Shown here piece after piece: positions 10,566 to 22,948 of a stretch of 47,253 bases of DNA; position 1 is the stretch's first letter, and each line of letters starts with the position of its first letter. The stretch lies in assembly GCA_010015585.1 (NCBI GenBank), contig ML975161.1, one strand, 5' to 3'. The stretch comes from Eremomyces bilateralis CBS 781.70 (taxonomy: Eukaryota). Below the pieces are notes generated by a model. The model was given only the letters and a program-made list of their open reading frames with translations, made no database searches and was not told the DNA's origin. The translations under genes and the position numbers were made by a program.

Positions 10566-13500
10566 ATGACGATTTCCTCCTCGCCTTACATCCCCTCATC
10601 TTTTGATCCCGCACTACATTTGCATTCAGAGAACCTGCTGCCGGAAGTTTTCCATCCCGTTAGTTCGCACTCGGATGAATTCGAAGCCATAGAACAAGTG
10701 CGAGCGGAAGACATAGCGAGGAAAACCGCAAGCGGCATAGTCATCCAACATCGAGCGTGGAAGACTTGTGACGCGTTCCGAAGCGACGAGGATCGTCCAA
10801 TACGTGCGATTTCAGTTCTTGAAATTTGGAGAAGTTGAGACTTACTTCGGCAGGCTCCCCTTTACGAGACGTGTACGATCCGACTCAATTGACCTCCATC
10901 CTGATCGAGGACACCGACGAGTCTCAGAATACATACAGGACAGTTCTCCCGTCTAGTCCCCCAGGGGTCAACCGCACAACGATGTCCTCACCAGTACTGT
11001 ACCCGAGGAGCCCAACACCAACCCAACAAGATATGTATTCCCCGCGGAAACGAAGGAGGTTGGAAGGCTCTACTTCCATCTTGACCGAATCTCCAAGCAA
11101 AGGCAACCGGCTCCCGGACGAAATCTCCGAATCGCGCGGTCCCTTTCTCTTTTCCGACGACAGTGACACGGAAGACGGGACGTTCGAAGTTAAGTCTCCA
11201 GCAACGGGGAACCAAGAAAATTTCGTACCAATTCCCCTGGCCAGCGCTGGGAAACCCCTGGCCGCACATCATTGTTCCCCAAGGTTTAATCCTGTCGAGT
11301 TCAATGATGTCACCAAATTTGATAGCCTAGCCTCGAATACCGTCTCAAACCCGTCTTCTTTCACAATCCGAACATCCGCCGGACAGACTATTTACTTGCC
11401 CCCTCGCCGTATATCACCGACTGTATCCTACCAAACTGAGGTCGCTTTGAGGAGTACCACCGCTCCTGGTCACGCTAATAAGTCATATTACGGCATTGAA
11501 ATCCATCACTTGCTTGATGAGCTGGCAGCGGAGTCGACTTCCACCCCGTCGAAAGATTCCATCGACTCTTCAACCACTCCATCTGAATTACTGTCTTCCT
11601 CTCGACCCGGTCAAAAGGTTCAGCTCTGGACGGAGAAGTACCGCGCCAAATCGTTTACCTCCCTCCTTGGTGACGAGCGTACCCACCGTCGCGTCCTACA
11701 TTGGCTCAAGTCATGGGACCCCCTTGTGTTTTCCTCCTCGAAACGGAGCTCGAAACAATCGAGCCTGCGTACCAAAGAGCCAGCGGACCTCACCCGCAAA
11801 ATCCTGCTTCTCACTGGGCCGCCTGGACTGGGAAAGACCACTCTTGCACACGTGTGTGGCAGGCATGCCGGCTATGAAGTTCAAGAAATCAATGCAAGTG
11901 ATGAGCGCTCGGCGAACGTTGTCAAAACGCGCATCAAGGATATGCTTGGAACCGAGAATGTTCGCACTGCAACCTTTAGCGGGCAGGAACAGGGTCGAAA
12001 TGGCCAAATGAAACCCGCTGCGGGTAAACCGGTCTGTATCGTTGTGGATGAAGTGGATGGGGCGGCCGCCTCGTCCGGCGCGGGTGGTGAGTCCGGGTTT
12101 ATCAAAGCGATCCTAGACTTGGTCGCGTTAGACCAGCGGAATACTTTGCAACCCTTTTCAGACGCGCCTGCGAAAAAAGCCAAGTCACGATTCCGGATGC
12201 GCCGCCCCCTCATCCTCATTTGCAATGATCTTTATGCGACCAGCCTTCGGCTGCTCCGACAAAGCCCAGCGGTCGAGATCATCCATGTACGACCTCCGCC
12301 TATAAGCGCGGTTGCTACAAGGTTAGACACCGTCTTCAGAAAGGAAGGCATTGCCGCAGACTCGGATGCGATCCGACGCATTTGTGAAACGATATGGAGC
12401 ACCGAGTCGAAAAAGTCCGCCCGTTTCAATCCGGCAAATGGGGACGGTGACGTTCGAAGCATCATGGTTGCCGCCGAATGGATTGCCCGTCGATGGATGG
12501 CGGAGTGCACCCGCCCAGGCCTGGCTCTCAATCGCTTAACGAAGCCCTGGGTGGAGGACGCGGTGGTGGCGGATTTCGCAGCAGGAGGAAAGGGTGCGCG
12601 GGCAATCGGCCGAACCAGCGCGAGAGACGTGGTGAACAAGATATTCACCGAACATGCGGGCTTATCCACGATGGAGATCAACCACCTCCAAGGAAAAATC
12701 CAACCAAGCGCTAGCGACCGAAAAGGGGCCTCGGGCGTATCTGAAGGTGTAAAGAGAGGTGCTTTTGAGAAGCTACGACACGTAGTCGAGGCTTGTGGTG
12801 AGGTTGATCGCGTTGTCTCAGGTAAGCAGGTCTCCTATAAGAGGCGTAATTAGTGTGCTGACGGAATATAGACACATTTGCCGCATATCCAGAGCACCCC
12901 TACCAGGACGATACCATCTTCTCAAAGCCAACCCTGGCGCATGAATACCTCCACTTCCACGACCAAATATCCTCTCGCGTCCATGCGTCCCACGAATGGG
13001 AGCTGGGTTCCTACCTTTCACTCGCCCCACTTGCTTTACACAATCTATTCGCCGTGCCTGCCGCAGTAGCCAGTCGGAATGAGGCACCGCTAAATCATGC
13101 TCCACGTGGATTGAACGGCACCAAGGATCCAAGTGCTCAACCAGGTCGGTTTCCAGGAGATCATGCCGAGAAAGAATATGCCGCATTATTGTCTCATATG
13201 GAGTCCATCTTGCCTCATCCCACGTCGAGCACATTCCGAAACAATAACCTCATCGTGCTCGAACTCGTACCGTATCTGCTTCGAATCCTGTCGCCCGGAA
13301 TCAAAGTCGTCGGCGTCGGGGGTACCAAAGGCGCAACCGCGAGCTTTGCATGCGTTCGCAAAGCAAGCGAGAAAGCCATGCTCGCTCTCTCCGTGAATGC
13401 GGCCCTGGCCACCGGGATCACATTCGAGCGTGTCCGTATCGAGAACACCTCGGCGGCCGAGCAGGACCCAGACGAAAAAGGCGAGCAGCTCGACCAGCCG

Positions 13501-14031
13501 ACCAAGTCCATGGCCCAGGCGCAGGCCAATATGGGTTGGGTCTACCGGTTGCAACCTGCCATCGATACGCTGTCGAATTTTGACAGCCTCGCCTACGACG
13601 GCGAGAGAGTTTCCTTTGCAGTGAGGAGGCTCCTCGAAGAAGAACGACGGCGAGAAGAGAGCAGCAGACTCCTGGCGATGAGAAAGGAGCGAATGGGCCC
13701 CGATAACCCCGAAGATGCGCAACCGTCTGCGGGTTTGAAAGCCATGCTGGCTAGTATCCCCACCGCCGCCGTTGAAGTGAGCAATGCTCCGCTGAAAGAT
13801 TTCTTCGGACGGGTCATCGCACAGCCCAGCGTCTCTGAACCGAACAGGGCCGCTGGAGGTTCAGCAAATGGGACAACAAACCTCCCCAACACCCCTGGCG
13901 ACTTGGGGATGACGGACGGATTTGATGTAACGGATGAAGACGATGTATGGCTTAATTATCATGAAGGATTCTCCAGAGCGGTCAAGAAAGCGGTGACCTT
14001 GGACGAGTTCCTCGAGGCCTTTACATCTTAG
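10566..14031 (+). CDS. CTF18: Chromosome transmission fidelity protein 18 (alternative RFC large subunit), about 1121 aa
   Basis: Exons 10566-10803, 10854-12821 and 12872-14031. Motifs: LWTEKYRA, Walker A GPPGLGKTT, EINASDER, Walker B VVDEVDG, RRPLILICND, YQDD..FSKP and the C-terminal VWLNYHEGFSRAVKK. Confidence 0.95.
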
Positions 14032-14575
14032 TATAGTTTAACAGCTGCTGTACGGTTCCAATCAATATTATAGTACCTTATCGAATTTGGGGGACGATAG
14101 CGGATTGAATGACTCTCGACTCGCATGGTGATGATTTCCTTTGAGGACGACATCAAGGAGTGGTCAGTGGTCTCCATTTCTACCCCTTTGCCTCCACCCC
14201 TCCAGTCTGGCGTCTATCCTCTGCTCTTCAACACTTAACGTCTGTAGGTCTGTAGAAAACCCATATCATCAAGTTTGCATACCCGTCAATAGATGCCAAG
14301 TAGGATAAACTTCGACAGGGCGCTGACTGATAATGCCGATACCTATTTATGGTGGACATATGCAGGGCGGGCCAATGAGGAGACGTATCGGCTCCTTGAC
14401 AACATCGACCTTGAGGGAACATCGCTCAAGCTCTGGGAGTATGATTTTACAAAAGGAATCTTTTCAAGTTGCTTCAGCGTCATATCATACTTCATAACGC
14501 ATATTTTGCAATTTCTGTTGCCGAAGCGATCTTTACCTACGAATCCATCCTCAGCTAGCTTGCTCAGCACTCCAA

Positions 14576-15531
14576 ATGGTTCGAGAGATGTATATATACA
14601 ACGCATCCAAGCAATGCTAACCTGCTACAGAATCCGCTATTTAATTCCGCACACCGCCAAAGCAATTCCATACGGAAGGACCTGGACTCGTTTGCTCAGG
14701 GCAACTCGGGCCCTGCAGTCCAAGGTCCGTAAGCCCCAAACGCAGATCTCGCGATATCAAGTTCCCGTCCTTTGCGCGCTCTGACATTTGCGAAGGCCAA
14801 ATCCATGCCTCCCTCACCTCGTTTAGCCGGACCATCGATGAATATCACAAGCTTGCGAGACAGGAGATCGTACAGGAGAAGCAGGAGAAGGCTTACGACC
14901 GGGTGAAGAATTTCCGGGCCGAGCTGGCCGACTACAGAGAACGGTTCGAATCACTACGGCGGGAACGGGAAGAGAAAGTAAGACTCTATGCATGGCATCG
15001 CATCGCTGTTGAGGCCGGCATTGCTTGCCTAGTATGGGAAATGAGCTAACTCCTTTCCCATAGCAAACCACCCTCGAGCGCAACGAACTCCTTGGTCGAC
15101 GACCGCACCATGCCGCAACACCCGAAAACCCCTATAGCCAACCCGCCTACGCCGGTCAATCTCCCTTCGCTCCCGCCGCATCGTCCGGTTCCGCACCATC
15201 TGCCTTCGGAACGACCGCCGACAACCCCTACAACCTCTCACGTGAACAGCACGCGCTGCGCGAGCAATCGTTTTCCTCGCGCACGAACACTCAGTTAGAC
15301 GAATACATCGACCGCGGACGCGCGGTTCTGGCGGACCTGGGCGATCAGAGGGAGATGCTGAAGGGCACGCAGCGGAAACTGCTTAGTGTGGCGAACACCT
15401 TGGGCATCAGCGGCGAGACGATACGGATGGTGGAACGTCGCGTTCGACAGGATAAATGGATCTTCTGGGCGGGGTTGGTATTGTTCTTTGCGTTCGCTTG
15501 GCTGGTTTTGTGGCTATTTAGGTGGAGATAA
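14576..15531 (+). CDS. BOS1: ER-Golgi Qb-SNARE Bos1/membrin (about 248 aa); not called in the ORF track
   Basis: Exons 14576-14578 (ATG only), 14631-14724, 14796-14977 and 15064-15531. They give MNPLFNSAHRQSNSIRKDLDSF...GQIHASLTSFSRTIDEY...ELLGRRPHHAATPENPY...LDEYIDRGRAVLADLGDQREMLKGTQRKLLSVANTLGISGETIRMVERR...DKWIFWAG and a C-terminal transmembrane segment. Confidence 0.93.
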
Positions 15532-15904
15532 GCGAACATGTCCTTATTCGGCGAAGTCGAACGGGATCAACGATGGGTGGTGCTGCCTCGATGCTTTCTT
15601 ACAGTGCGCTGAGAGTAGGGTGTCGTGGTCTGCGATGTATGGCAATGGTTCGATCTGGACGGTGATCACAGTCAACGACAAGGTTCGTTCCAATATCCTC
15701 ACAATTGTATACGAAGTGTGTACTTATACTGGTCTAAAACAGTACAAACTCAACAGAAAGCTAAATCTTGTTTCCAAACATCGCGGAGACCCTGCATAAA
15801 CAATGCCCAACGCCGCTGTTATATCCCTCCACACGATCGCAACCTCTTCTCAGCGATCTAAAAGACAGGCAACCCCCGTGTTGACACCCAAACCCAAACC
15901 ATTC

Positions 15905-17155
15905 CTAACGCAGGGAGAAAAAATCCCCTCCTGTTATTAAGCCCAGCCGACCCGAAAGTATATCCACGCGTTCCTGCAGATCCTCAATGTCATCCTCATG
16001 CCTCATCAAGAGCTGCTTGGGACCACCGGACATCAAATTCCTGGGCAGCGCCACCGGCCCGACTCCGTGTAGATGTGGACTCGGTGGGCCCAATGCCGGA
16101 CTCGGCTCCACCTCCAATGACATCCGAAAATGAGGACTCGCGCGAGGGAAGGCGCCCATCGACATGGTCGGTCCACCCAGCATCGAGAAAGGCAAACGGC
16201 CCAACCGTGCCGCTTCGAGCGTCTCCATCGCCAGCTCCATCGAATCCATAAAGAAGTCGTAGACATCGGCGAACGGTCCAAAGGCTCCCGCCATCATGGA
16301 CGCCCCCGGGTTGGGAAACAACCGCAACGACGTCGCGATGTCGACGACGCGCATGAGCGCGCGCAGTTTCACCTTGGGTGGGCATTGCGCCTCGACGATG
16401 CCGATGCACCAGAGCATGATCGCTTCGTTGGTTCGCTCGCCGCGGACCACGGCGGTCAGCTTGTCCACGATGAACCGTGCCAGTCCTCGTCCCACAGCGT
16501 TCATCTCCCCCTCTCCGGAAATGTCCGACAGCGCCAGAAATGCTTCTAGGGCACGCGGAAAACGGGAAATGGGGTACAGTGGGGAGTTTTGGATGCTGCC
16601 AGGCCCAGCGCCGAAGGACCATGGGTCTCCCACTCCGTGCATCTCGTATAAATAGGATGGGACCCCCAGGTTCCCCGGACTATGTCGGTCGCGTTGCAGC
16701 TTCTCGCCCATGAAGCGCACCACCTCTAGTTCGAGTCCGGGCGAGATGGGCCGACCCGGCGCGACCTGGCGAGCGAAAACCGCGGCTTCGGTGAAGCGGT
16801 GCCGAGTGACAAGGCCGCGCCGGACCCATATTGAGGAGAGCGCGAGGTAGGAGATGGAATGGAAATCGTGAGGATTCATTCGCATCCTTCCGTCCGCCCA
16901 GTGGCTGTCAAGGTCGAATGGGGGTTGTGAGGAAGGATGTGATCGAGGAATGTGCTGCGAGTGGAGGGCACTCAGCATAGAGGAAAGAGCAGAGACGGGT
17001 TGCAAAGGTTCCGATGTTCGAGGGATACCGCAAGGCTGGAAGGTCCTGTCGTGATACTGAGACGAAGAAGTCGATTCAAGAAGATTGGCATTCTGAGAGG
17101 TTTCCGACTAGTGGAGACCATATACTTGAGGGTGCGGAAGATCGAAGAGGGCCAT
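15905..17155 (-). CDS. Hypothetical protein (about 393 aa), divergent from niaD
   Basis: A long open frame with gene-like composition. The proposed exon 1 is 17155-17126 (MALFDLPHPQ), followed by intron 17125-17057 (GTATAT...TCTCAG) and exon 2 17056-15905 in frame. The C-terminus is coiled-coil-like (HEDDIEDLQERVDIL). No domain recognised. Confidence 0.65.
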
Positions 17156-18417
17156 TCGTGTGCCGGTTGGATATTTATCCTGCAAGGCTAAGGCAATTCG
17201 GACCTCGTGCCCATACTTGCGACATCAGAACTGGTCGATCGATCTCGTATCGGGCAGAATTGAAGGCGGTGCAGCGGTGCTCGCCTGCGATTCTAGAGCG
17301 AGTAAGCAAACATGAATGCAGGAGATGCGTATGACGGGTCCGCCAAATTGTTCTCTATAGAGCCGAAGGTCGCACGGTATTTTGGTTTGATCTCGATCCA
17401 TTCGCCCCAAGGGCATTCTATTGAGGATCCGGCGCCGAACAAGGGCATCAAAGAGATTGGATGAACCGCTGGGCAGTCCATCATACAGCTCATTGGTCCC
17501 ACCGGAGGGAACACCCATTCCAGCATGACTGCGAAGCAAGCAAACAGGGCTGACTCACGGTTCGAGACGAAGTCCGACGGTCAGGGCATTTGCGCATCAT
17601 CTCACCGACTTTCCTCTCTCATTACAAACACCGTCGGACCATCGTCAGGCGACAAGATTGCTTGCCATTGTCCACCGTCGAAGTCCGAAGAAACGCCTGA
17701 ACTGGTCAAGCCAGTTATGCAGCATCATCTATACTACGATGCTAAGCTGTTTCCGGCTACGTTAGTGTTCTTCGCCGTGCGATTGGGGCGCCTGATGATA
17801 GAAGTTTCGTGCTGAGCAAACCGTTTCGGTCGTACAGGTGCAGGGACGGGGCAGTTTTGCCTACTCTAGCCAAGTAGGAGACGGTGAAATCCTACCAACT
17901 AGATGCAACATGATCGAGCTTATAGAGAAATAGTTAAATAACAAATGCTAGAATCGAGGAGTGACTGGGAAACGCAGATGAGGACAAAATGTGGAAAGCT
18001 TTCACTGTCAAGAGCGAATTAGCGATATTGTCTCCGTCGAGCCAAATATGACTTGCTCTCCACGGGTTTTCCAATACTTACCTATTAGTGATCTAAGATT
18101 CGAGGTCGTCTAGCAGGTTGAAGGCCCATATCCGGTTACTTAAGATGGCAGCTATCGTGGCTTTCCAAGTTTGCTGTCCGAGTCTCCCAAGCTAGAACTT
18201 GTTCATCGCGTATCCTTAGTATTGTCCACCCTTATACCTGTCACAACATCACATATCAAGCAAGAGAATTAGAGAAGTGTGCCGACTTCGGGGAAAACCG
18301 CAGCGATTAATAGGTGTATTATTACTTTCCTTACTCTTCCGAGTTCTTCTCAGTCGTGAGCATGGGATTCAGATACAGTTGAAGTACCCTGTCTAGCTCT
18401 CCTTTGCTATTGGTCGA

Positions 18418-18513
18418 AGATAAGACGCGTGGATATCCCTTGGCGACATCAACACCATCCGCGGAAACCATCTTGATTCCTCCTAATCGCACTCCCATAT
18501 CTCCGTTTTATCT
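18418..18513. promoter_or_regulatory. NIT4/NirA site flanked by GATA sites upstream of niaD
   Basis: The palindrome TCCGCGGA (Neurospora NIT4-type) at 18458-18465 lies between AGATAA 18418-18423 and TTATCT 18508-18513. Confidence 0.65.
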
Positions 18514-19231
18514 GCATCGATCGCGACATCGTCGTCGATTCCTCACTATCCCGGTGATCCATGGCTCCATCGAAATGCCCGATCTCCCGAGCCGTCGATA
18601 TTGCCCGGTTGCTGGGCTCTCGTGGGAGCGGCAGATCCACTCTCTGCTTTGCTTTCTCCGCTGGCGTGGAGTCTCCCCCTGGGGCCAGGGCTGAAGAATG
18701 GTCGCTGTTCTTGTGGTAAATTCGGAAGATGTTCTATTACCCCCAATTGTAACCGGTAGTCGACTTGAACGCCATCAGCTTCTCCGGTAGTGGGATGCCC
18801 ACAGGATGGCACCCACTGCTGATTCCATGCCGGAGCGGCATCAAAGCAACCATTCCTTTCATCCTATTTTGATCAGTGGATCCCATTTTGCCATATGCTA
18901 TTTGCTCGTGCAGCTTATTACTTTCATAAGTCAGTGCTATAAACCGGATTAGTCTATAAATTCCTTTTTTCTGTTTTTATTCTAGTCTCGCTCGCCAAAG
19001 GTTCCGTCAAATGGCAAAGTGCCTCTTCTAGTGCCTTGACTAACCATAATATCGACGATATCTTTGAAATTCATAGCATCTCTATCTTTCTGCCGTGCCT
19101 GGAGTGAAAGCTTGTTGAACTTTGAGCCACAAAAATCTAGAGTCTTTCAGGTTGTCCTCTTGATCTCTCCTTAAAGACGATTTGCTAGCACACGATCCGA
19201 GCTTCGAAGGGGCTTAACGGAGATAAGGACA

Positions 19232-22033
19232 ATGCATTCTATAACAGAGGATGAGAAGGATATAATCAAACGCCTTACGGCCAGGTTACCGCCTACGCCA
19301 CCCGCCGAACCGGACTGGAGCGATACTAGCTCGATCTCAAACGAAGAAGCTGAACTCGATGGCTTCACGCAAAAACCACCGGCCTTTCCTCTTCCACCAC
19401 CAACCAACCCACCTCAAGAGATCCTCGACATAGACTCAAAAACACCCGACGCACATGTCCCCCGTGATGCGAGATTGATTCGACTGACAGGAGTTCATCC
19501 ATTCAACGTCGAGGCTCCTCTGACGGACCTTTTCAACGAAGGGTTTTTGACCTCTCCGGAACTTTTCTACGTTCGGAATCATGGAGCGGTACCGCAAGTG
19601 GAAGAAGCCTCCCTGTTTGATTGGGAATTTACTGTCGAGGGTCTCGTCGACAGGCCGTTCAAAATATCCTTACGATCGTTAATGGAAGACTACGCGGACC
19701 AGATCATCACTGTCCCGGTCACGTTGGTCTGCGCCGGTAATCGCCGAAAAGAACAGAACATGGTCCGCAAGTCGAAGGGGTTCTCCTGGGGTCCGGGTGG
19801 AGTGTCGACCGCCCTTTTCACCGGCGTCCCAATGTCTGCAATCATCGCTGCTGCCAAACCCACGCGGCGGGCGAGATATGTGTGCATGGAGGGGGCGGAC
19901 AAACTTCCCAATGGATATTACGGAACGAGTGTGAAGCGCAACTGGGTGCAAGATCCCAATCGAGGGATCATGCTGGCCTGGAAGATGAACGGTGAACTGC
20001 TACGCCCCGACCATGGACGCCCCTTGAGGGCCGTCATCCCTGGGCAGATTGGGGGACGCAGCGTGAAATGGCTGACGAAATTGATTCTGACCGAAAGCCC
20101 CAGCGATAACTGGTATCATATTAACGATAACCGGGTTCTCCCGTAAGTGCCTTCATATTGGCTGTGGCTCGCAAGACGCTGATATTGAACAATAGGACCA
20201 TGGTTTCGCCGGAAGAATCCGCAGCAGATCCAAGTTGGTGGACCGATGACCGATACGCCATATACGATCTCAATTCCAATTCAGCCATCGCATACCCCGC
20301 GCATGATGAAGTCTTACCCCTCTCCACCCGCGCGGTTGAAACGTACGATGTGCGCGGCTACGCGTATGGTGGTGGTGGCCGGAGAATCACACGAGTGGAG
20401 ATCACCCTTGACAAAGGGAAGACCTGGCGACTCGCCAAAATCGACTACCCAGAGGACAGGTACCGAGAAGCTTTAGAAAATACAAATCTCTATGGCGGCC
20501 GCTTGGATATGTTCTGGCGCGAAACTTCGTTCTGCTGGTGCTTCTGGTCATTGGCCATCTCGACCGATGATCTCGCGGCCAGTGCAGATATCATGGTGCG
20601 ATGCATGGACGAAGGGTTGGCCCTCCAGCCCCGTGAAATGTACTGGAGCGCCTTGGGCATGATGAACAACCCGTGGTTCCGCATTGTCATACACCGTGAG
20701 AACGACACCATGCGGTTTGAACATCCTACACAACCTGCTTTAATGCCCGGAGGATGGATGGAAAGGGTGAAAAAGGAAGGAGGGAACCTTGTGAACGGAT
20801 TTTGGGGCGAACGTATGGGCTCCGTCGTTGACGAGGAGCAAGTGATGCCAGAAATTAAGGAAGACATCAAGATGACCAAGGACGGGATCGATCGGATCAT
20901 CGAAATCGATGAGCTGAGAAAACATGACACTGAAGAGGAGCCGTGGTTTGTGGTTGATGGAGAAGTGTACAATGGGACTGCATTTTTGAAGGACCATCCG
21001 GGCGGCGCGCAAAGTATAATAAGTGCCGCTGGTCTGGACTCCACTGACGAGTTTGTGGCAATCCGTACGTGCTTCCCCCGTTCCCATGGTTCAAGTCACT
21101 GATGATTTATTAGACAGCGAAACGGCAAAAGCGATGATGTCTTCCTACCACATCGGATCTCTTTCGGAGGTATCACAGAGCATCTTGGCAGAAGGTTCAT
21201 CGGATTCGTCGGGTAGCAACACCTCACGACCTTTGTTTTTGGATGCTAGAGGATGGAATTCCGCGGCGCTTCACAGCAAGAAAATCGTGTCGTGGGACAC
21301 GAGAATTTTTACATTCCAGTTGGAGCACGAGGAACAGCTCCTTGGACTACCCGTCGGCCGGCATCTGATGATGCGCCTTAAGGATCCCGATGACCAGCAG
21401 ACGGTCGTTCGGGCATACACGCCTATCAGCGAGCAAACCACACCGGGGTTCGTGGATGTCCTTGTCAAAGTCTACTTCGACACAACCGAGCAGAAGGGAG
21501 GCAAGATGACGAAGGCCTTGGACCAACTTCCGGTGGGAGGACGAGTATATTTCAAGGGGCCGATTGGCAAGTTCGAGTATCTTGGGAAGGGATTGTGCAG
21601 CATCAATGGGGACCGACGCACGGTTCGAGAGTTCAGGATGATATGTGGCGGAAGCGGCATCACTCCGATCTATCAGGTCCTCCGCGCGATCATGCAGGAT
21701 CCGAACGATGGCACACATTGCACAGTCTTAGACGGGAATCGTCTGGAGGAAGATATTCTCTGTAAAGACGAGTTGGATGCGTTCGCGGCTGGCAATCCTG
21801 ACCGATGTAGGATCTTGCACACTTTGACAAAGGCAGGAGACGGATGGCAGGGGTTGACGGGTCGCATTGGTGAGAATCTGCTGGCAGAGACTTGCCCGTC
21901 CCCGTATGATGACAATCATGAAGGGCAGAGTGATACACTGGTCCTCATATGCGGCCCAGGAGCTCTGGAGAAGACGGCGCACAAAGTTCTGACGGGTCTT
22001 GGTTGGAAGGATGACGATCTACTGTTTTTTTGA
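19232..22033 (+). CDS. niaD: Assimilatory NAD(P)H nitrate reductase (about 899 aa)
   Basis: Exons 19232-20142, 20196-21064 and 21114-22033. Moco domain (LIRLTGVHPFN, FYVRNHG, LVCAGNRRKEQ, PDHGRPLR), dimerisation domain, cytochrome b5 (HPGG, HSETAK) and FAD/NAD domain (RAYTP, GGSGITP, CGP). Confidence 0.98.
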
Positions 22034-22247
22034 GGAATATGATTGGACAATTGATGCATCTTCCATTACTGTGTCGTTTGAGTGTATGTGACGAAGACCT
22101 AGCAGACAACAATGCTATCGTCAATATTAGACGTCTCTAGATGACGTCTCTAGATTCCATCTCTCGATTAGAATCGTTGTTGCTGTGATCTCGTCTTGGG
22201 CTTGGCAGCAGGGGAGCGCGTCAGGGACCCCTGTCCATCTGCGAGTC

Positions 22248-22634
22248 TTATCTTTCATCCACTTCTCCTGATGAACATTTCCTATCTTCTATCGCCCTTT
22301 GCCTTTCCCGCGGAGATTGTCCATATTACCGATAACTGATATTGAACGTCCGCTACTCCAGCCTCCAGGCCATGGAGAAAGGTGATATTACGGGGGTTTG
22401 GAACTTCCGGCGCTGTTGGCTACGCGCTCTCGGGTCGATCATCGGAAATGACACCACCATCGAGGCGTATCCAACTGCGGGTCATCGCCCAGGCCTCAGA
22501 TCCCATTCATATCACTCCTAAGATGTCCGCGACCATTCGTGGGGTAGCGAATAGGATGACGCTGATTGTGAGATACAAGGGCTGGCGTGCTCTTTGAGGC
22601 ATGACGATCGGCCCAGTAGAATCTGTACCGCGGA
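22248..22634. promoter_or_regulatory. NirA and GATA sites in the niaD-niiA intergenic region (niiA promoter)
   Basis: CCGCGGAG at 22308-22315 is CTCCGCGG on the minus strand and matches the NirA consensus CTCCGHGG. A near-match CCGCGGA lies at 22628-22634. GATA sites: TTATCT 22248, CTATCT 22282, CTATCG 22289, CGATAA 22330. Confidence 0.7.
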
Positions 22635-22948
22635 ACTGTACATCTCTTGATCATGTTCTTCGGAGTCTGAGTACTTTTTGGACCATCTATTGTGCGAATT
22701 TCTTTTACTGCAGTCACCGATCCTACTTCTTCTTCTATGTCTCGGATGTCGAGTTTGTGGGAGAAGTTCGATCATCCACATCCTGCTATTAGCTTAGCTG
22801 TGTAATACCTTCTGTTACTCTCTTTCAATTCATGACCTTGTAGATTCATTTGGCAGTCCCAAGTCCCGTGTCTAGTCTCCGTCCTATCGATACGCAGTGC
22901 GAACAGCTCGAAGGACCCAAATATAGCTGCGGAACAACCTTCTAAAGC

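Noticed and set aside
22130..22155. Short tandem duplications (GACGTCTCTAGAT twice; also about 3226-3255 and 30347-30370) as transposon footprints
   Set aside because: Replication slippage explains them equally well and no element termini are visible.
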